DNA of 64,000 nucleotides from Mobula hypostoma (lineage: Eukaryota): positions 54,500,001 through 54,564,000 of the forward strand of contig NC_086097.1 of NCBI RefSeq assembly GCF_963921235.1, in the 5' to 3' direction. A program made the translations under genes and the position numbers. The notes below the pieces were generated by a model. The model saw nothing but the letters and a program-made list of their open reading frames with translations, made no database searches and had not been told where the DNA came from. Below are positions 26,476 to 41,400 of this stretch, in pieces. How positions within the stretch are numbered: the first letter of the stretch is position 1; every line of letters begins with the position of its first letter.

Positions 26476-28364
26476 TTTTGATTTTTTTTCAATAATTGAG
26501 GCCAAATTATGGTTCAGATCATTGCTTATTTTGCCTTTTGGTTCAATTGTGGATTCATCGTCATTTCAGATTTGACCTCAAAATCTGAGCTGATGTGAAG
26601 AATCCATTATCAGAAATGATATCTGTCTTGTGAAATTTTTAACTAGTTGTTTATCAGTTGAAATTCAGGGCAATTCTATGGCATCATTTAAAGGACAGCA
26701 AAATTCTGTTGGCATAATGTTCTTTGGTTCCTTATCTACCAGTTCCAATATGTCAGTGTTTCAAATTATTTCTAAGCATGCAAATTTCTATGCATTAATT
26801 TTTTTTAATATCAGTGTGATTCTCCTATTTATCTTGAACCTGAAACAGTTTGAATTCTATTTACCCAACAAGGAAAAAAGGGGTGTATAAAGGAAGTATT
26901 ATGCTTCAGTTGAATTGTGGATTTACCTTTGCCAGTGTTTTCCAGTCATACCTGATAATACCAGCATGTTTTCATTACTTAGCATTCACTAAGATTTTCC
27001 CTTTGAGATAAGGTTGTAATTTAATTTCAGATTATAAAGAAACACTTCCTTGTGTGTTTTTGCTTTGCTTTGTCCTCAGGGGAATGATTTGTTGTGAAGG
27101 TCAAATACATTTAAATGCTAAAATCCTGAAATTACTAAAACAGACTACCATTCAGATTGTTGTTTTAAGTTGCAGAGAAGGGGAAGGGATAGGACAAAGA
27201 GATTGTGACAATATGAATGATGACTCAGCAGTCTTGCGAATAATACTGAATGTACAAACGTATCTGTTAAAGGTATAAAATGATAGAGAAAATAAATTGG
27301 TTAAGTAAGAAACAAAGTGCATGCTAGAAATGGGTGACATAGAGCACAATTTCAGGAAATCTGAAATAAATACTCAAATAGCCAGATGGTCCCTTCTCAA
27401 AGATGCCACCCAATCCACTGCAGCTACCTATCCAGCTATTGTGCTTTTGTATCAGAACTGGCTATTTCTGTTGCAAGCTTGAAAAATTGGTTACCTGAAA
27501 TTGTGTTTGTTTACTATTGTCACGTGTACCAAGATAAAGCTTGTCTTGGATAATGTTTATACAGCTCAAAATATTCCATGGTTCATTGTGCTAGAAGAAG
27601 GTAAAAAAAAATGCAGAGTTTATTCTTGAATACTGAAGTTGCCCACAGAAGGATGAGATATTCTTTAAGCTCACAGTTACAACAACATGACATCTCCACC
27701 AAGGCATTAGTTATTTTTCCTTCTCAGTACATGCTGCTACTCTGAATGTTTCCAACAATTTTTGTTTCCAATTTCCATAACCTACAGTTGTTTTTTCACA
27801 TTGCAATCACTGGCCTTTTCTAATGTAGTTTTTTTTTTCTCTATCTGTACAGATCCTATCTGATATTTTGGGCTTTTCCCCTGCACAATCCTTTATTTGG
27901 GACTTATAACACTGCTGTGCTTTGTCATTCCTTTTCCTTTCTCTCTGCTTTGTTATTTTTCACTCTTCATTTAAATTTCCTCTGGGCAAGTCAGTTGCTA
28001 GCAGCAAGACATCAACATGCCTCTCTTGCTCAGTCACAGTCTATACCATCCCTTTCTTCTTGATTTCCATCCATTGCAGATAATTGTTTTGTTCTCTCCC
28101 TTCTTGGCACCTTGCAAAAAAAAAAATGCCTGTATCTAAAGTTTTCAGTTCTAATGAAAGGTCATTAATGCAAATATTAACTCTCTTTATCTGAAAATTT
28201 CCAGCATCTTCTGCTTTAATTTGTCATCTAAAAGAAATTGAGATGTCAAAATGTTTGGAGGTTGCAGTGTCCCTGTTAGTACTGTACTAGAATAATTATA
28301 ATTGATCTATATTGTGCATCTTTGTCTGTATAACCTTAAACTTATTGACAAAGCAAATATGTAC

Positions 28365-28495
28365 ATGGTAGGTACATGGAGCTCAGAAAAATAGAGGACT
28401 ATGGGTAACCGTAGGTAATTTCTAAGGCAAGGACGTGTTCGGCACAGCATTGTGGGCTGAAGGGCCTGTATTGTGCTGTTGGTTTTGTATGTAAT
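28365..28495 (+). mobile_element. CR1 extreme 3' end, same subfamily as 4815-8612
   Basis: Close match to 8475-8595 (gtaatttctaagg...gaagggcctgtattgtgctg). Confidence 0.8.
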
Positions 28496-29392
28496 GTAGG
28501 CACCTCTGCAAGGTTTGTTCTGTCTGCGGTGAACAGTGTTTTGCATTGCAACAAAAGGATCTCCTCTTGAAGCATAATGAGTTTCATGTACTTTCTTTTT
28601 CTCCACAGCAAAATCTGCTAACAAAGCCATCCGGCAAAGATGGATTTATCCTTCTCTCCCTAACTGGATGCATGATCCATGTGGCTTCAGTGCCATCTTC
28701 CGATAAAGATGGCACTGAGCTGCGATGTCTGTTGATGTTGTGGCTCAGACTTCATTGTATTTTTACCTTCATAGGGATAGTTTTGGAAGCAGTGTGAGGA
28801 GTAAGGGGCCAAGTTAGAGTTTAGGCACAGAGATGAGGGGGTGTTAAAGACAATGAAGAGTCAGGAGCAAGAGTTGGTGTTTGTAATCCAAGTTGGAGCA
28901 CTCCGCAGTCAAAGCTCTTTGTTATCCTGGAGGTCAGATCGGCAGGTGCTGAGAAGGCCTGCAATCTCCAGGGTTGGAGGTCCAAACAGGCAAGAGTAAC
29001 AATGATCAGTGATTCCCAGGTCACTGGGGCAGGAGATCTATGTCAGTCTGGAAGTTGAGGCCCAGAGATCAGCCTGTGATTGGGAAGTGCTGTGATAGTT
29101 CCCCGAGGTCGTTGGTCCAGAGCTTGATGAGTGTGGAGGTCCTGGGGTGGAGACCTGCTCATGTGTGAGAGTGGATGTGTTGGTGGTGGGGTGGGTGGGG
29201 GAGCGGCTTGTTTCGCTGCTGTTGCCTGCTTTTGTTTTGTTGTTATATTGTTGCTTATGTTGTTCTGCTCAACGTTGTGGGCATGCTATGTTAAGGCCGG
29301 AATGTGTGGCAACACTTGCAGACTGACCACAGCACATCTTTGGGTGTGTTAGTTGTTGACACAAACAATGTAATTCACTGTGTTCTGATATA

Positions 29393-31023
29393 CAGTTGCA
29401 AGAAAAAGTTTGTGAGCCCTTTGCAATTACCTGGTTTTCTGCATTAATTACTCATAAAATGCGGTCTGATCTTCATCTACTTCACAATAATGGACAAACA
29501 CAATCTGCTTTTACTAATAACATACAAACAATTGTACTACTTCTCATCAATACTGAGTACACCATTTAATCAATCTCAGTCTAGGTTCAAAAAAAAATAT
29601 GAACCTGTGGGGTAATGCTTTCTACAAAAGCTACGTGGAGCCAGGTGATCCAATCAATGGTATAAGATTGGAGGTGTGGGTTGTAGAGGAGCCCTGTTCT
29701 ATAAAAAATACACGCAAAGTCAGGTTACTGACAGAGCTTGCTCTTCTCAAGAAAGATCTATTTATGCACATTATGCCTCAATCAAAGCAACTTTCAGGGG
29801 ACTTTAGAAGAAGAATTCTAGAGATGCATGAAGCTGGAAAAGGCTACAAAAGCATTTCTAAAGACCTGAAAGTTCAACAGTCCAAAGTAAGAGAAATTGT
29901 CTCCAAATGGATGAAAATCAGTACTGTTGCCACTCTCCCTAGGAGTGGGCATCCTGTAAAGATCACACCAAGAGCACAATTTACAATGCTGAAGGAAGTG
30001 AAAAAGAACCCAAAGGTAACACCAAAAGATCTGCAGAAATGTCAAGAACTTGCTAAAGTCTCTGTTCATGTGTCCACTCTAAGAAAAACACTGAACAAGA
30101 ATGGTGTTCATGGAAGGACACCAGGGTGGAAACCACTGCTGTCTGTTTTTAAAAAAACAACATTGCTGCATGTCTCAAATTTGCAAAAGATCACCTGGAT
30201 GTTCCACAACACTTCTGGGACAATGTTCAGTGGACAGATAAGGCAGAAGTTCAACTTTTTGGCAGAAACACACACCACAATGTTTAGAGGCAAAAGACTA
30301 CTGTACACTAACACCAAAACTTCATCCCAACTGTGAAGCATGTTGGAAGGAGCATTGTATTTGGGACTGCTTTGCTGCCCCTGGGCTTGGACAGCTTGAA
30401 ATCGTTGAAAGAACAATGAATTCAAAATTGTGTCAAGACATTTTACATTTTACAGGAGAATGTCAGGGTAGTGGTCCGGCACCTGAAGCTTAATAGAAAT
30501 TAGATAATGCAACAAGACAATGATCCAAAACACAAGAATAAATCAACAACAGAATAGTTTGAAAAGAAGTAAATTTGTGTTTTGGAATGGCTAAGTCAGA
30601 GTCTTGACCTTAACCAAATTGAGATGCTGCGGCAGGACCTGAAGAGCACTGTTCATGCAAGATATCCCAGAAATATTAATGAACTGAAACAATTTTATAT
30701 GGAGGAATGGTCTAAATTTCCTCCTTGTTGATTGCAAGTGTGATCAGCAGCTATAGGACATGTTTGGTGGAGGTTATTGCTGCTAAAGGAGGTTCTACCA
30801 GTTATTAAGTACAAGGGTTCACATACTTTTTCCAGCCTGGACTGTGAATAATTGAACAATGTGTTTAATAAGACATAAAAAGTACAATTGTTTGTGTTAT
30901 TAGATTAGGCAGATTTTGTTTGCCCATTATTTTGACTTAGATGAAGATCAGACCACATTTTATAAGTAATTAATGCAGAAAACCAGGTAATTGCAAAGGG
31001 TTCACAACTTTTTCTTGCAACTG
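29393..31023 (+). mobile_element. Full-length Tc1-family DNA transposon (DD34E, IR/DR-type), transposase inactivated
   Basis: TA flanks (29391-29392, 31024-31025); roughly 210-bp imperfect TIRs starting CAGTTGCAAGAAAAAGT; 1631 bp long. Confidence 0.95.
29773..30808 (+). pseudogene. Tc1 transposase pseudogene
   Basis: MPQSKQLSGDFRRRI...GKGYKSISK...RSGHPVK paired-like domain; QQDNDPKH...DLNQIE with 34 residues between D and E; frameshifts and in-frame stops. Confidence 0.92.
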
Positions 31024-32384
31024 TACATATGATAAATCTGAATATGGTGGCAGATCCTGGCTAGTTTCCCTTCAAATCCTTGCAAATGTATTATAATAAC
31101 CAAAAACCCTGGATACATTTTCTATGTATGTGTCTAAGTCAAGATAAACAGGGTTCCTCCTAAAAGATAGCTTTATACAAAGATTTCATCAAAATGGGTA
31201 AAGACCAAATTACTGCTGATTGACTGCATAAATACAGATACCCTTGTAATCCATCCAAATAGATTTCACTTTCCATCCAATTAAGTTTAGTTTGTTCTTT
31301 CATTTATGCAAAGACAATTGTTAATACAATATTTACAAAGCTTATTTGAAATAAATGGCTTTAATGTTTTACAAATTATCGAAACTAGTGAGGATATATT
31401 TTGCTTTTACAGATTTTGTGTAGGGTTGTCATAAATATGAATGATCAGAATATATAACAGGAGACTACATGATAGGAGAAAATCTAATAATGGTTTCTGA
31501 TTTTACTAAAGCGCAATGAAACATAGCCAAACTTGTTTGCTATGTCTTCTGTTTGTCGAATTTTGATCTCCAACTAATTTGATTTTAGTATTCTCATTTC
31601 AAAAACAGTTGCAAAAAATAAACTTGGTGCTTTCATTAATGTTTTAAGATTTTAGAACTGGCCTTTTGCAAATTACTTGAATTTTCTTTCCTTATTATAG
31701 TATTAATATATCTTTTAAAATTCTATAAAATCACTTTCTGGAGTATAATATCAGTGATATTGTGTGTGTTCTGTAGGTCTTGCTACTAAGTCTTGAAAAC
31801 AAAGTAAAGTGAATACAATGAATTGTTCAGTGCAAATGCTCAAACTGCAGAATCTTTCTGATTTTGTATTGTCTCAATTACAAATGTGGTTAATGGGCTT
31901 CTATGCATTTCCTTAATGTATGCACGCAAGTCAACTACACAAAAGTATACTTAGATAAAGTTGGTTATACCTTTTCACTTTTCAATAACTTATCAAAATT
32001 AGAAATGAATTAAAAATTAGAATTTGAAATACAAACGTTTGTAGTTGGCAATAATGAAATTCTCTTCTTGACCCAGCACAATTTTGGCTTTTACAAAGTA
32101 GTGTTCTGACAATAGATTCTGCACTGGAACATAATCTTGCAACTCATCAGCTTTTTTTTGTGTGTTGGGCGGGGAATATATTGAACTTTGGAAAATAAAC
32201 AGATGAATTTCTCATGGTAAGGTCCTTAATTTGGCAAAGTTTGTATGGGATGAAAACATATTCTTTTGCTTTTTAGAACATTCTATATCCATAGACCTCA
32301 TCATGTGTAGAAAAGAATCAAATAAAACTTTACCAACTGTACTTCGATTTGTTTTACTCTTTACTCCTCATGATCCCAATAAGC

Positions 32385-34075
32385 CAACTCAAAAAGCAAT
32401 AAGGAGAGAGAAGATGAAATATGAAGGTAAGCCAGCCAGTACTGTAAATGGGGAACAAGAAAATGGCAGATGAACTAAATAAGTATTTTGCATCAGTCTT
32501 CAGATGAGCAGCTTGCCAGAAATTCAATGTCAGGGGGCAGAAGTGAGTGTAATCACTATTACGAAAGAGAAAGTGCTTGAGAAGGTCTAAAGGTAGATAA
32601 ATCACCTGGACCAGATTGACTTGTAGCCCAGGGTTCTGAAAGAGGTAGCTGAAAGGATTGTGGAGGCATTAGTACTGATCGTTCAAGAAACAATAGATCC
32701 TGGAATGGTTCCGGGGGTTTGGAAAATCACAATTGTCACTCCACTCTTTAAGAAGAGAGGGAGGCAAAATACAGGAAATTATAGGCCAATTAGCCTGACT
32801 TCAGTCATTGGTAAGATGTTGGAGTCCATTATTAAGGATGAGGTTTTGGGGTACTCGGAGGCACATGTTAAAATAGGCCAGTGTCTGCATGATTTCTTTA
32901 AGGGGAAATCTTGCCTGACAATTCTGTTGGAATTCTTTGGGAAAATAGCAGGCAGAATAGATAAAGGAAAGTCAATGGATATTGCTTACTTGTATTTTCA
33001 GTAGGCCTTTGCTGCTGCTAAACAAGATGAGAGTCCATGGTATTGCAGCAAAGATACTAGCAGAGTGGGAAACAAAGGGAGTCTTTTCTGGTTGTCTGCC
33101 AGTGATCAGTGGTATTCCATAGGTCCGCTGCTTTTCGCATTGTATGTTGATGATTTAGATGGTGGAATTGATAACTTTGCTTTCAAGTTTGCAGGTGATA
33201 CAAATATAGATGGAGAGGCAAGTACTGTTGAGGAAGCAGGAAGTCTGTAGAAGGACTTTGACAGATTAGGAGAAAGGGCAAAGAAATGGCAAATGGAATT
33301 CAGTGTAGAGAATGGTCTTTCACTCTGTAGAAGGAATAGAAGTGTAGACTATTTACTAAACAGTGAGCAAATTCAGAGGTACAAAGGATTTTGGGATTCC
33401 AAGTACAGGATTTTCTTAAGGTTAATTTGCGGGTTGAGTCAGTTGTAAGAAAGGCAAATGCAATGTTAGTATTCATTTTGAGAGGAGTAGAATATAAAAG
33501 CAAGGTTGTAATGCTGAGAAATTGATCAGACCACACTTGGAGTATTATGAACTATTTTGGGCCCCACATCTAAGAACGTGATGGTATTGGAGAGAGCGTA
33601 GAGGAGGTTTAAGAGAAATATTCCAGGAATGAAAGTCCATGTATGAAGATCAGTTGATGGCTTTGGGTCTATACTCACTGGAGTTTAGAAGAATGAGTGG
33701 TGAAACCTATCAAATATTGAGAGGTTAGGATAGACTGGATGTGAAGAGGATGTTTCTAGTAGTGGGAGAGTCCAAGACTAGAGGGCACAGCCTCAGAATA
33801 GAAGGACATCCCTTTAGAAAATATAAGCAGGGATTTCTTTAGCCAGAGGGTGGCGAATCTGTGGAATTCATTGCTGCAAAAGGCTGTGGAGGCCAAGTCA
33901 TTGTGTATATTTAGAGTGGAGATTGATAAGTTCTTCATCAATAAGGGTGCCAAAGGTTATGGGGACAAGGCAAAACAGTGTGTTCAAAGGGAAAATATAT
34001 CAGCCATGATCTAATGGCAGAACGGACGTAATTGGCCGAAAGGCCTAATTCTGCTCCTATATCTTATGATTTTAT
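32385..34075 (+). mobile_element. Decayed 5'-truncated CR1 LINE
   Basis: NYRPISLTSVIGK, KGKSCLT, KFAGDT; 3' end ggccgaaaggcctaattctgctcctatatcttatg. Confidence 0.9.
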
Positions 34076-34691
34076 ATCAATTATATCAATCGGGATGTTT
34101 CTCCCTATAATTTAATTTCAAGATTTTGTCAAGACGTTCCATTAACTAGTAATCATGATTTGTACTGCATAAAGAGCTGAAAAATATCACTGAAATTAGA
34201 AGTGTCTTATCTTCAGAAGAAAGTTTCAGGCGCTTTGACCCTTTCATTCTCATGGCTACATTTTCTAAGCTACCTTGAAGATTTAGGATGAAATATTTGA
34301 CTGATAGTAAATATTAGCTTACCCTAAAACATCGTTTTACATTGCCAGTCTTTAGTTTATCACATAAGTCCTGTCTGCAACCCTATTTAAATGTGGGGAG
34401 GGGAGGGCTTCAAGACAGGATTTTTAATAAATGAAGAGGAAATGAGAGAGCATTGACACAGGATAGCGGGGGGAAATTGACAGTGTGATAGACTGTTGCA
34501 GAAAATATGCAGCACAATAAAATCAGACCTACTAAAAACCATATAAGAAAAGTTTAATCGTGTCTATTTGGATGCATGTTGCATTTGCACCAAGATAGAC
34601 GAATTAACGGCACAGACAGCAACACGTGAGTATGATTTCATAACAGTTACAGAAAAGTGGTTGCAGATTGAACTGGACTGGGTAGTAAATA

Positions 34692-35225
34692 CAGTAGATT
34701 CCAGTTAATTGGCTTATCAGTTAATCGGGGCAGCCACTTATTTGAGGAAAAACAAAAACTAGTTGAGAAAATAGCCAGGATCCCCTTTGCTTATTTGGGA
34801 CACTATGCCACGTAATTGAGAAGGGAAATTGTTGCCAAACAGTCCTGTGAACTTGTGGAGTTAGACACTGCACTGTGCTTAGAACAGACAGTTTTCAAAT
34901 AGTGTCAGTTGTGCATGTTTGTGTTCAAAAAGCAGTGATTTTTGTTACTGATAGTTGGCAAAAAATAAATATTAATACACTTTAGAATTGTTATGCTCAC
35001 TGCGGTTTTAGGCATTCAGGCCTGGAAGTTTCAAAAATGGCCAGGAGTGTAAATGAAACGATTTCACTACTTCAGCATGTCAGGCATTATACAGAATTTG
35101 AAGGTATTGACAATAGTCTTGAATGTTACAATGAAAATGAAGATTTGGAGGATGAACTCATTGAAAGCATTTTATGAAGGCACTCCCCTGCACTGATTTT
35201 GTTCATTAACAGTCAAAGGAACACA
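34692..35225 (+). mobile_element. Probable Tigger/pogo-derived remnant within old CR1 fragments (34380-35810)
   Basis: Begins TA|CAGTAGATTCCAGTTAATTGG and interrupts a CR1 endonuclease remnant; no right TIR found. Confidence 0.4.
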
Positions 35226-36199
35226 ACGTGGGTGAATTCTCTGGGTGCTGGGGAGGATGAATGCTGCTTTCCTGCGACAACTGTATTGCAAGCACTATGT
35301 TGTTCCGAAAGAACAGATAAATAATTAAAGGAGGCCCAGTAATTCTGTTAATTGAGAAAAGTGTCAGAATTCAATATGAGGGAAATTTTGTAACAGTTAC
35401 ATAGTGCGTGGTGAGGCTACATCTGGAATACTAAATAGTTTTGGTGCCCTTAGCTCACAAAAGATGTAGAAATATTGAAGACAGTCCAAAAGAGATTCAC
35501 CAGAATAATTCCTTAAATGGGAGGGTTATATCAAGAGAGGCTAAACAGTTTGGTTTCTATTTCTTGAAATTTAGAAGAATGAAGGATGACCTTAATCAAA
35601 CATCTTAAGATCCTTAAAGGCCTTGATGGAGGATAGTTGTTGAGTTGTTTTCACGAGTGGGAGGGGCACAAACAAGGGAACATGGCTATAAAATAAGGAT
35701 CCAAGTTCCTCCAGCGTGTTGTGCGTGTTGCATTTAAAACTGAGCACTTTAGATATTTTCTTCGAGGTTATTGAATCTCTGGAATTCTCTACCCGAGGAT
35801 GCCGGAGGCCAGGTGATCCCCAATGCAAATGGCGCTATTAAAGGGCAACACTTAAAAGTTATGGAATATCTTTGGGTATTGGCAACACGTTTTGGACAAG
35901 AAAGTTTATTAGTTTTTTTTTCTCAAACTTATAAATATTAAAAGCTCTTCCCTCTGATGTATGTGACAGAATAATTTACAGGGAATTGGGACTGGTAGGA
36001 TCGGTCTGTTGTGAGCTAACATAGGGCAGAAAATAATGAACAAAAGTATGCAGCACAGGGTATGTACGTCCACCTTAAATATAGCTGTCTATTTAAGGTG
36101 ATATAATTAAATATGTGTAAATTCGAAGATTTGAAAGTAATGGAGAACTGGAACAATAAAGGTGTTGAGGCCAGTATAGATCAACCATGATCATATTAA

Positions 36200-36655
36200 A
36201 TTCTGGGGCTGGATCAATGTGCCTGGTGGCCTAATCCTCTATTCAGGAATCTGGCGGTGGGGAAGAAGCTGTTCTTTGGGCTCCTATACCACCACCTTGA
36301 TTGTAGCAAAAAGAAGAGGTCACGTCCTGGGTGATGGAGGTCTTTAATGATGCCACCTTTCTGAGGCATCGCCTTTTGAATATGTCCTCGATGCTGGGGA
36401 GACGAGTGTCCATGATGGAGATGGCTTAGCTTGCAACATTTTGAAGCTTCTTTTGATTCTGTGTGGTTGCTCCTCCATACCAGATGGTAATGCAATCAGT
36501 TAGGATACTCTTCACAGTACATTTGCACAGTTCCTTGGTGATATACCAAGTTTCCTCAAATGCCCAATGAAATATAGCCACTGTCATGCCTTCTTTGTAA
36601 TTGCATCAATATGTTAAGTCCAGGATAGATCTTCAGAGATGTTGATACCCAAAAG
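36200..36655 (-). mobile_element. Rex1/Babar 3' fragment
   Basis: Colinear with 30-470 (IIKDLHHPG peptide; aaatatagccactgtc). Confidence 0.75.
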
Positions 36656-36899
36656 AAAACAAATAAAAAATCAAAATATTGATACCACAGACACAATAAC
36701 CTCTCAATATCAGGGTTTGCTTTCTTTTAAGTGCATCTCTGTGAATATTCAAGAAAGGATGAAATGGAGTGAAGCAAGGCTTGTGTGAAACATAAACACC
36801 GGCATAAACCAGTTAGGTTCAGTTGTGATTAAACTTACAAGATGAACCACAGATGAATATCATTTCATATAGGTAAGCTTGATTTATAATTGAAAATCC

Positions 36900-38072
36900 T
36901 TTTTGAAGCTCCTTTTCATTGACTACAGCTCTGCCTTTAATACCATCATTCCAAATAAACTGATTCCTAAGCTCCAGAACCTGGGCCTTAGCACTCAGAT
37001 CTGCAGCTGGATCTTCAACTTCCTCACAGACAGGACCCAGGCTGTAAAATAAGGGACAAGCTCTCCTCTACAATCACTAAGCACCAGTGCCCCACAAGGC
37101 TATGTACTCAGCCCCCTGCTGTACTCACTATACACCCATAATTGTGTAGCCAAGTTTCCATTGAACTCAATATATAAGTTTGCTGATGACACCACAATTG
37201 TAGGCCGTATCTCAGGTAATGATGAGTTTGAGTATAGAGAGGAAATTAAGAACCTGGTGGCATAGTGCGAAGATAATAACCTATCTCTCACCGTCAGCAA
37301 GACGAAGGAATTGGTTGTTGACTTCAGAAGGAGTAGCGGACCGCACGACTCCATTTACATCAGTGGCGCGCAACTGGAACAGGTCAAAAGCTTTAAGTTC
37401 CTCGGAGTCAATATCACAAATGATCTGACTTGGTCCAACCAAGCAGAGTCCACTGCCAAGAAGGCCCATCAGCACCTGAGAAAGCTAAAGAAATTTGGCC
37501 TGTCCCCTAAAACCCTCACTAATTTTTATAGATGCACCATAGAAAGCATTCTTCCAGGGTGCACCACAACCTGGTATGGAAGTTGTCCTGTCCAAGACCG
37601 GAATAAGCTGCAGAAGATCGTGAACACAGCCTGGCACATCACATAAACCAATCTTCCGTCCTTAGACTCACTTTACACAGCACGCTGTTGGAGCAGTGCT
37701 GCCAGGATAATCAAGGGCACAAACCACCCAGCCAACACACTTTTCGTCCCTCTTCCCTCCGGGAGAAGGCTCAGGAGCTTGAAGACTCGTACGGCCAGAT
37801 TTGGGAACAATTTCTTTCCAACTGTGATAAGACTGCTGAATGGATCCTGACCCGGATCTGGGCTGTACCCTCCAAATATCCGGACCTGCCTCTTGGTTTT
37901 TTGCACTACCTTACTTTACCTTTTCTATTTTCTATTTATGATTTATAATTTAAATTTTTACTATTTACTATTGATTTGTACTCCAGGGAGCACGAAGCAC
38001 AGAATCAAAAATCGCTGTGATGATTGTACGCTCTAGTATCAATTGTTTGGCGACACTAAAGTAAGGTAAAGT
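36900..38072 (+). mobile_element. 5'-truncated, relatively young Rex1/Babar element with (aaagt)n tail
   Basis: DYSSAFNTI, KFADDTTIVG, KTLTNFYRCTIESIL; possible 7-bp TSD aaaatcc (36893-36899, 38073-38079). Confidence 0.88.
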
Positions 38073-38410
38073 AAAATCCAGAAAATCATGCCAGAAGTTA
38101 TAATTGTGCCATTATTCCTTTTAAACCAGTTTCAGTTTGTGAAATTCCACTTACCAGTTTATTTGAGGTTATGTGTGCACAGGAGGTAGATTTTGTTTTT
38201 GCATTATCTGTTTACATTTACATGGCACTGTTTGTCAAACATCAAGATTTTACACATTTGCAAGCAAAAAGGTCTCTCCAAGCTTGGATGTACTCCAAAA
38301 TATAGTTTTTTAAAGGAATGTTTCAAGAGGAATTTAGCAGGGTAATTTCTTTCCTGTGCACAAGGCTTAGATAGCTGAGAAGGTGCGAGTGTAGCCCAGG
38401 CACCCCTCTG

Positions 38411-41400
38411 TCTTTCTTTTTAAATCTTTTTATTGAATAAGTATACAAAAAGGTAAACCATATAAACATTAATACAATGTTAAAATATAATAGAATTCCA
38501 GAAGGTATCAATACCAAAAAAAATACTACAAACAATGTAATTTAAACATAAAAAAACCAAGATAACATAATAGTATACTAAATTTTATATATATATCAAT
38601 GGAAAAAAAAGAAAAAAAAACCCCCAAAAAAAACCCACCGTGCAACTAACTAAAAGCAAAGCAAAACAATGGGCTAACTTGAAACCAAACAGAGTTAAAC
38701 TTAAAATCACGTCCTCAATCCCGACCTCCTTTAAAAACAGTGAAAAAAAACAAGAAGGGTATGTATTACATTAAATGAAAGTATCGAATAAAAGGTCCCC
38801 AAATCTGTTCAAATTTAAATGAAGAATCATAAAGGTTGCTTCTAATTTTCTCCAGATTCAAACATAAAATCGTCTGAGAGAACCAAAAAAAGGTAGTTGG
38901 AGCATTAAGCTCTTTCCAATGTTGTAAAATACACCTTTTCGCCATTAAAGTAAGAAATGCGATCATTCTACGGGCTGAAGGGGAAAGATTACTAGAAATT
39001 TCAGGAAGTCCAAAGATAGCAGTAATAGGGTGAGGAGAGATATCTATATTTAGTACCTTAGAAATAATATTAAAAATATCTCTCCAAAAAGTTTCCAAAG
39101 TAGGCCAAGACCAAAACATATGAGTTAAAGAGGCTATCTGCCCCGAACATCTATCACAAAAAGGATTAATATGCGAGTAAAAACGCGCTAACTTATCTTT
39201 GGACATATGTGCTCTATGAACCACTTTAAATTGAATTAGGGAATGTTTAGCACAAATAGAGGAAGTATTAACTAATTGTAAAATCTGCCCCCAATCATCC
39301 ACAGAAATGGTGAGCCCCAATTCCTGTTCCCAATCTACCCTAATCTTATCAAATGGAGCTTTCCTAAGTTTCATAATAATATTATAAATCATAGCCGATG
39401 CACCTTTCTGACATGGATTGAGGTTAATTATCGAATCTAAAATATATGTAGGAGGAAGCATTGGAAAGGAAGAAAGTATAGTACTTAGGAAATTTCTAAC
39501 TTGTAAGTATCTAAAAAAATGTATTCTTGATAAATTATATTTATTAGATAATTGTTCAAAAGACATAAGGGAACCATCTAAAAATAAATCCAAAAACCGT
39601 AAAATACCCTTAGTCTTCCAGGTTTGAAAAGCGCGATCCGTAAAGGAGGGAGGAAAAAATATGTTACCTAAAATAGGAATCGCTAACCCGAATTGATTAA
39701 GATCAAAAAATTTTCTGAATTGAAACCAAATGCGCAAAGCATATTTAACTATCGGGTTAGAGACCTGCTTAAGGCGTTTCGAATCAAAAGGGAGAGAGGA
39801 GCCTAAAATAGAGCCAAGTGTATAACCCTGAACAGATTGTAGTTCCAATGCTACCCATTTAGGAATAGATAGTATATCCTGATCAAGTAACCAAAATTTC
39901 ATAAGTCGAATATTAATAGCCCAATAATAGAATCTAAAGTTAGGTAATGCTAAACCTCCATCTCTCTTAGCTTTCTGTAAATGTATTTTACCCAGTCTCG
40001 GATTCTTATTCTGCCAAATAAATGAAGAAATTTTAGAGTCAACTTTATCAAAGAAAGATTTTGGAACAAAAATTGGTAATGCCTGAAACACATATAAAAA
40101 TTTTGGCAAAAAAAACATCTTAACTGCATTAATACGACCAATCAAAGTTAAATATAAGGGAAACCATTTAGATGAAAGTTGAGTAATATGGTCTATTAAT
40201 GGTAAAAAGTTAATCTTAAATAAATCTTTATATTTACAAGTAATTTTAATCCCAAGATAAGAAAAATAATTATCAATCAATTTAAATGGAAATTTATAAT
40301 ATAAGGGAAGATGTTTATTAATCGGAAAGAGTTCACTCTTACTAAGATTTAATTTATAACCTGAAAAAAAACCAAATTGTGCTAATAACTCTAAAACAGC
40401 AGGAATGGATTTCTCAGGATTAGAAATATATAACAGTAAATCATCAGCATAGAGTGATAATTTATGGGACTTTAATCCCCGAGTTATCCCAGTAATATTT
40501 GAAGATTCTCGAATAGCAATTGCAAGAGGTTCTAATGCAATATCAAATAATAGGGGACTAAGAGGACAGCCTTGTCGAGTACCTCGAAAGAGAGGAAAAA
40601 AAGGTGAGTTTAAAGAGTTAGTACGGACCGAGGCTACAGGGGAATGATATAACAGTTTAATCCAGGATATAAATTTCAAGCTAAAATTAAACATTTCAAG
40701 CACCTTAAATAAATAGGGCCATTCTACTCTATCAAAAGCTTTCTCGGCGTCTAAAGAAATAACACACTCAGGAACATTTTGTGAGGGAGTATAAACAATA
40801 TTTAACAATATTGAATATTATAAAAAGAGTAACGACCTTTAATAAAACCCGTTTGGTCTTCCGAAATAATAGAAGGAAGTACTTTTTCTAGTCTATTTGC
40901 TAATAACTTAGAAAAAACTTTAGAATCAACATTTAATAAAGATATTGGTCTATAAGATGCACATTGAGCAGGGTCTTTATCCTTCTTTAGTATTAAAGAA
41001 ATTGACACTCTATTAAAAGATTCAGGAAGTTTACCAAGTTTCAGAGAAGCCTCAAAGACCCTACAGAGCCAAGGGATCAATAAAGAAGCAAAACATTTAT
41101 AAAATTCAACGGTAAACCCATCTGGGCCAGGAGCTTTCCCCAGATTCATAGAAGAAATAACATTCTTAATCTCATCCATAGTAATGGAAGTATCTAATAT
41201 AGAAGACATATCCTGTGAAATCTTAGGGAAGTCTAACTTGTCTAAAAAATCATTCATATATTTAGAATCTCGAGGAGACTCTGATTGATATAAAGAAGAA
41301 TAAAAATCACAAAAGGTTTGATTAATCCCCACATGATCCAGTATCAATCGATCATTTTGGTCATAAATCTGATTGATTTGAGATTTAACATAATTAGATT

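Noticed and set aside
29599..30336. 245-aa ORF as an active or domesticated transposase
   Set aside because: It leaves the transposase frame before the catalytic domain, which contains stops; the first 58 codons are TIR/UTR read-through.
38766..40808. 680-aa ORF as a host gene
   Set aside because: It is the L1 ORF2 RT/C-terminal part, frameshifted from the upstream piece and bounded by a TSD.
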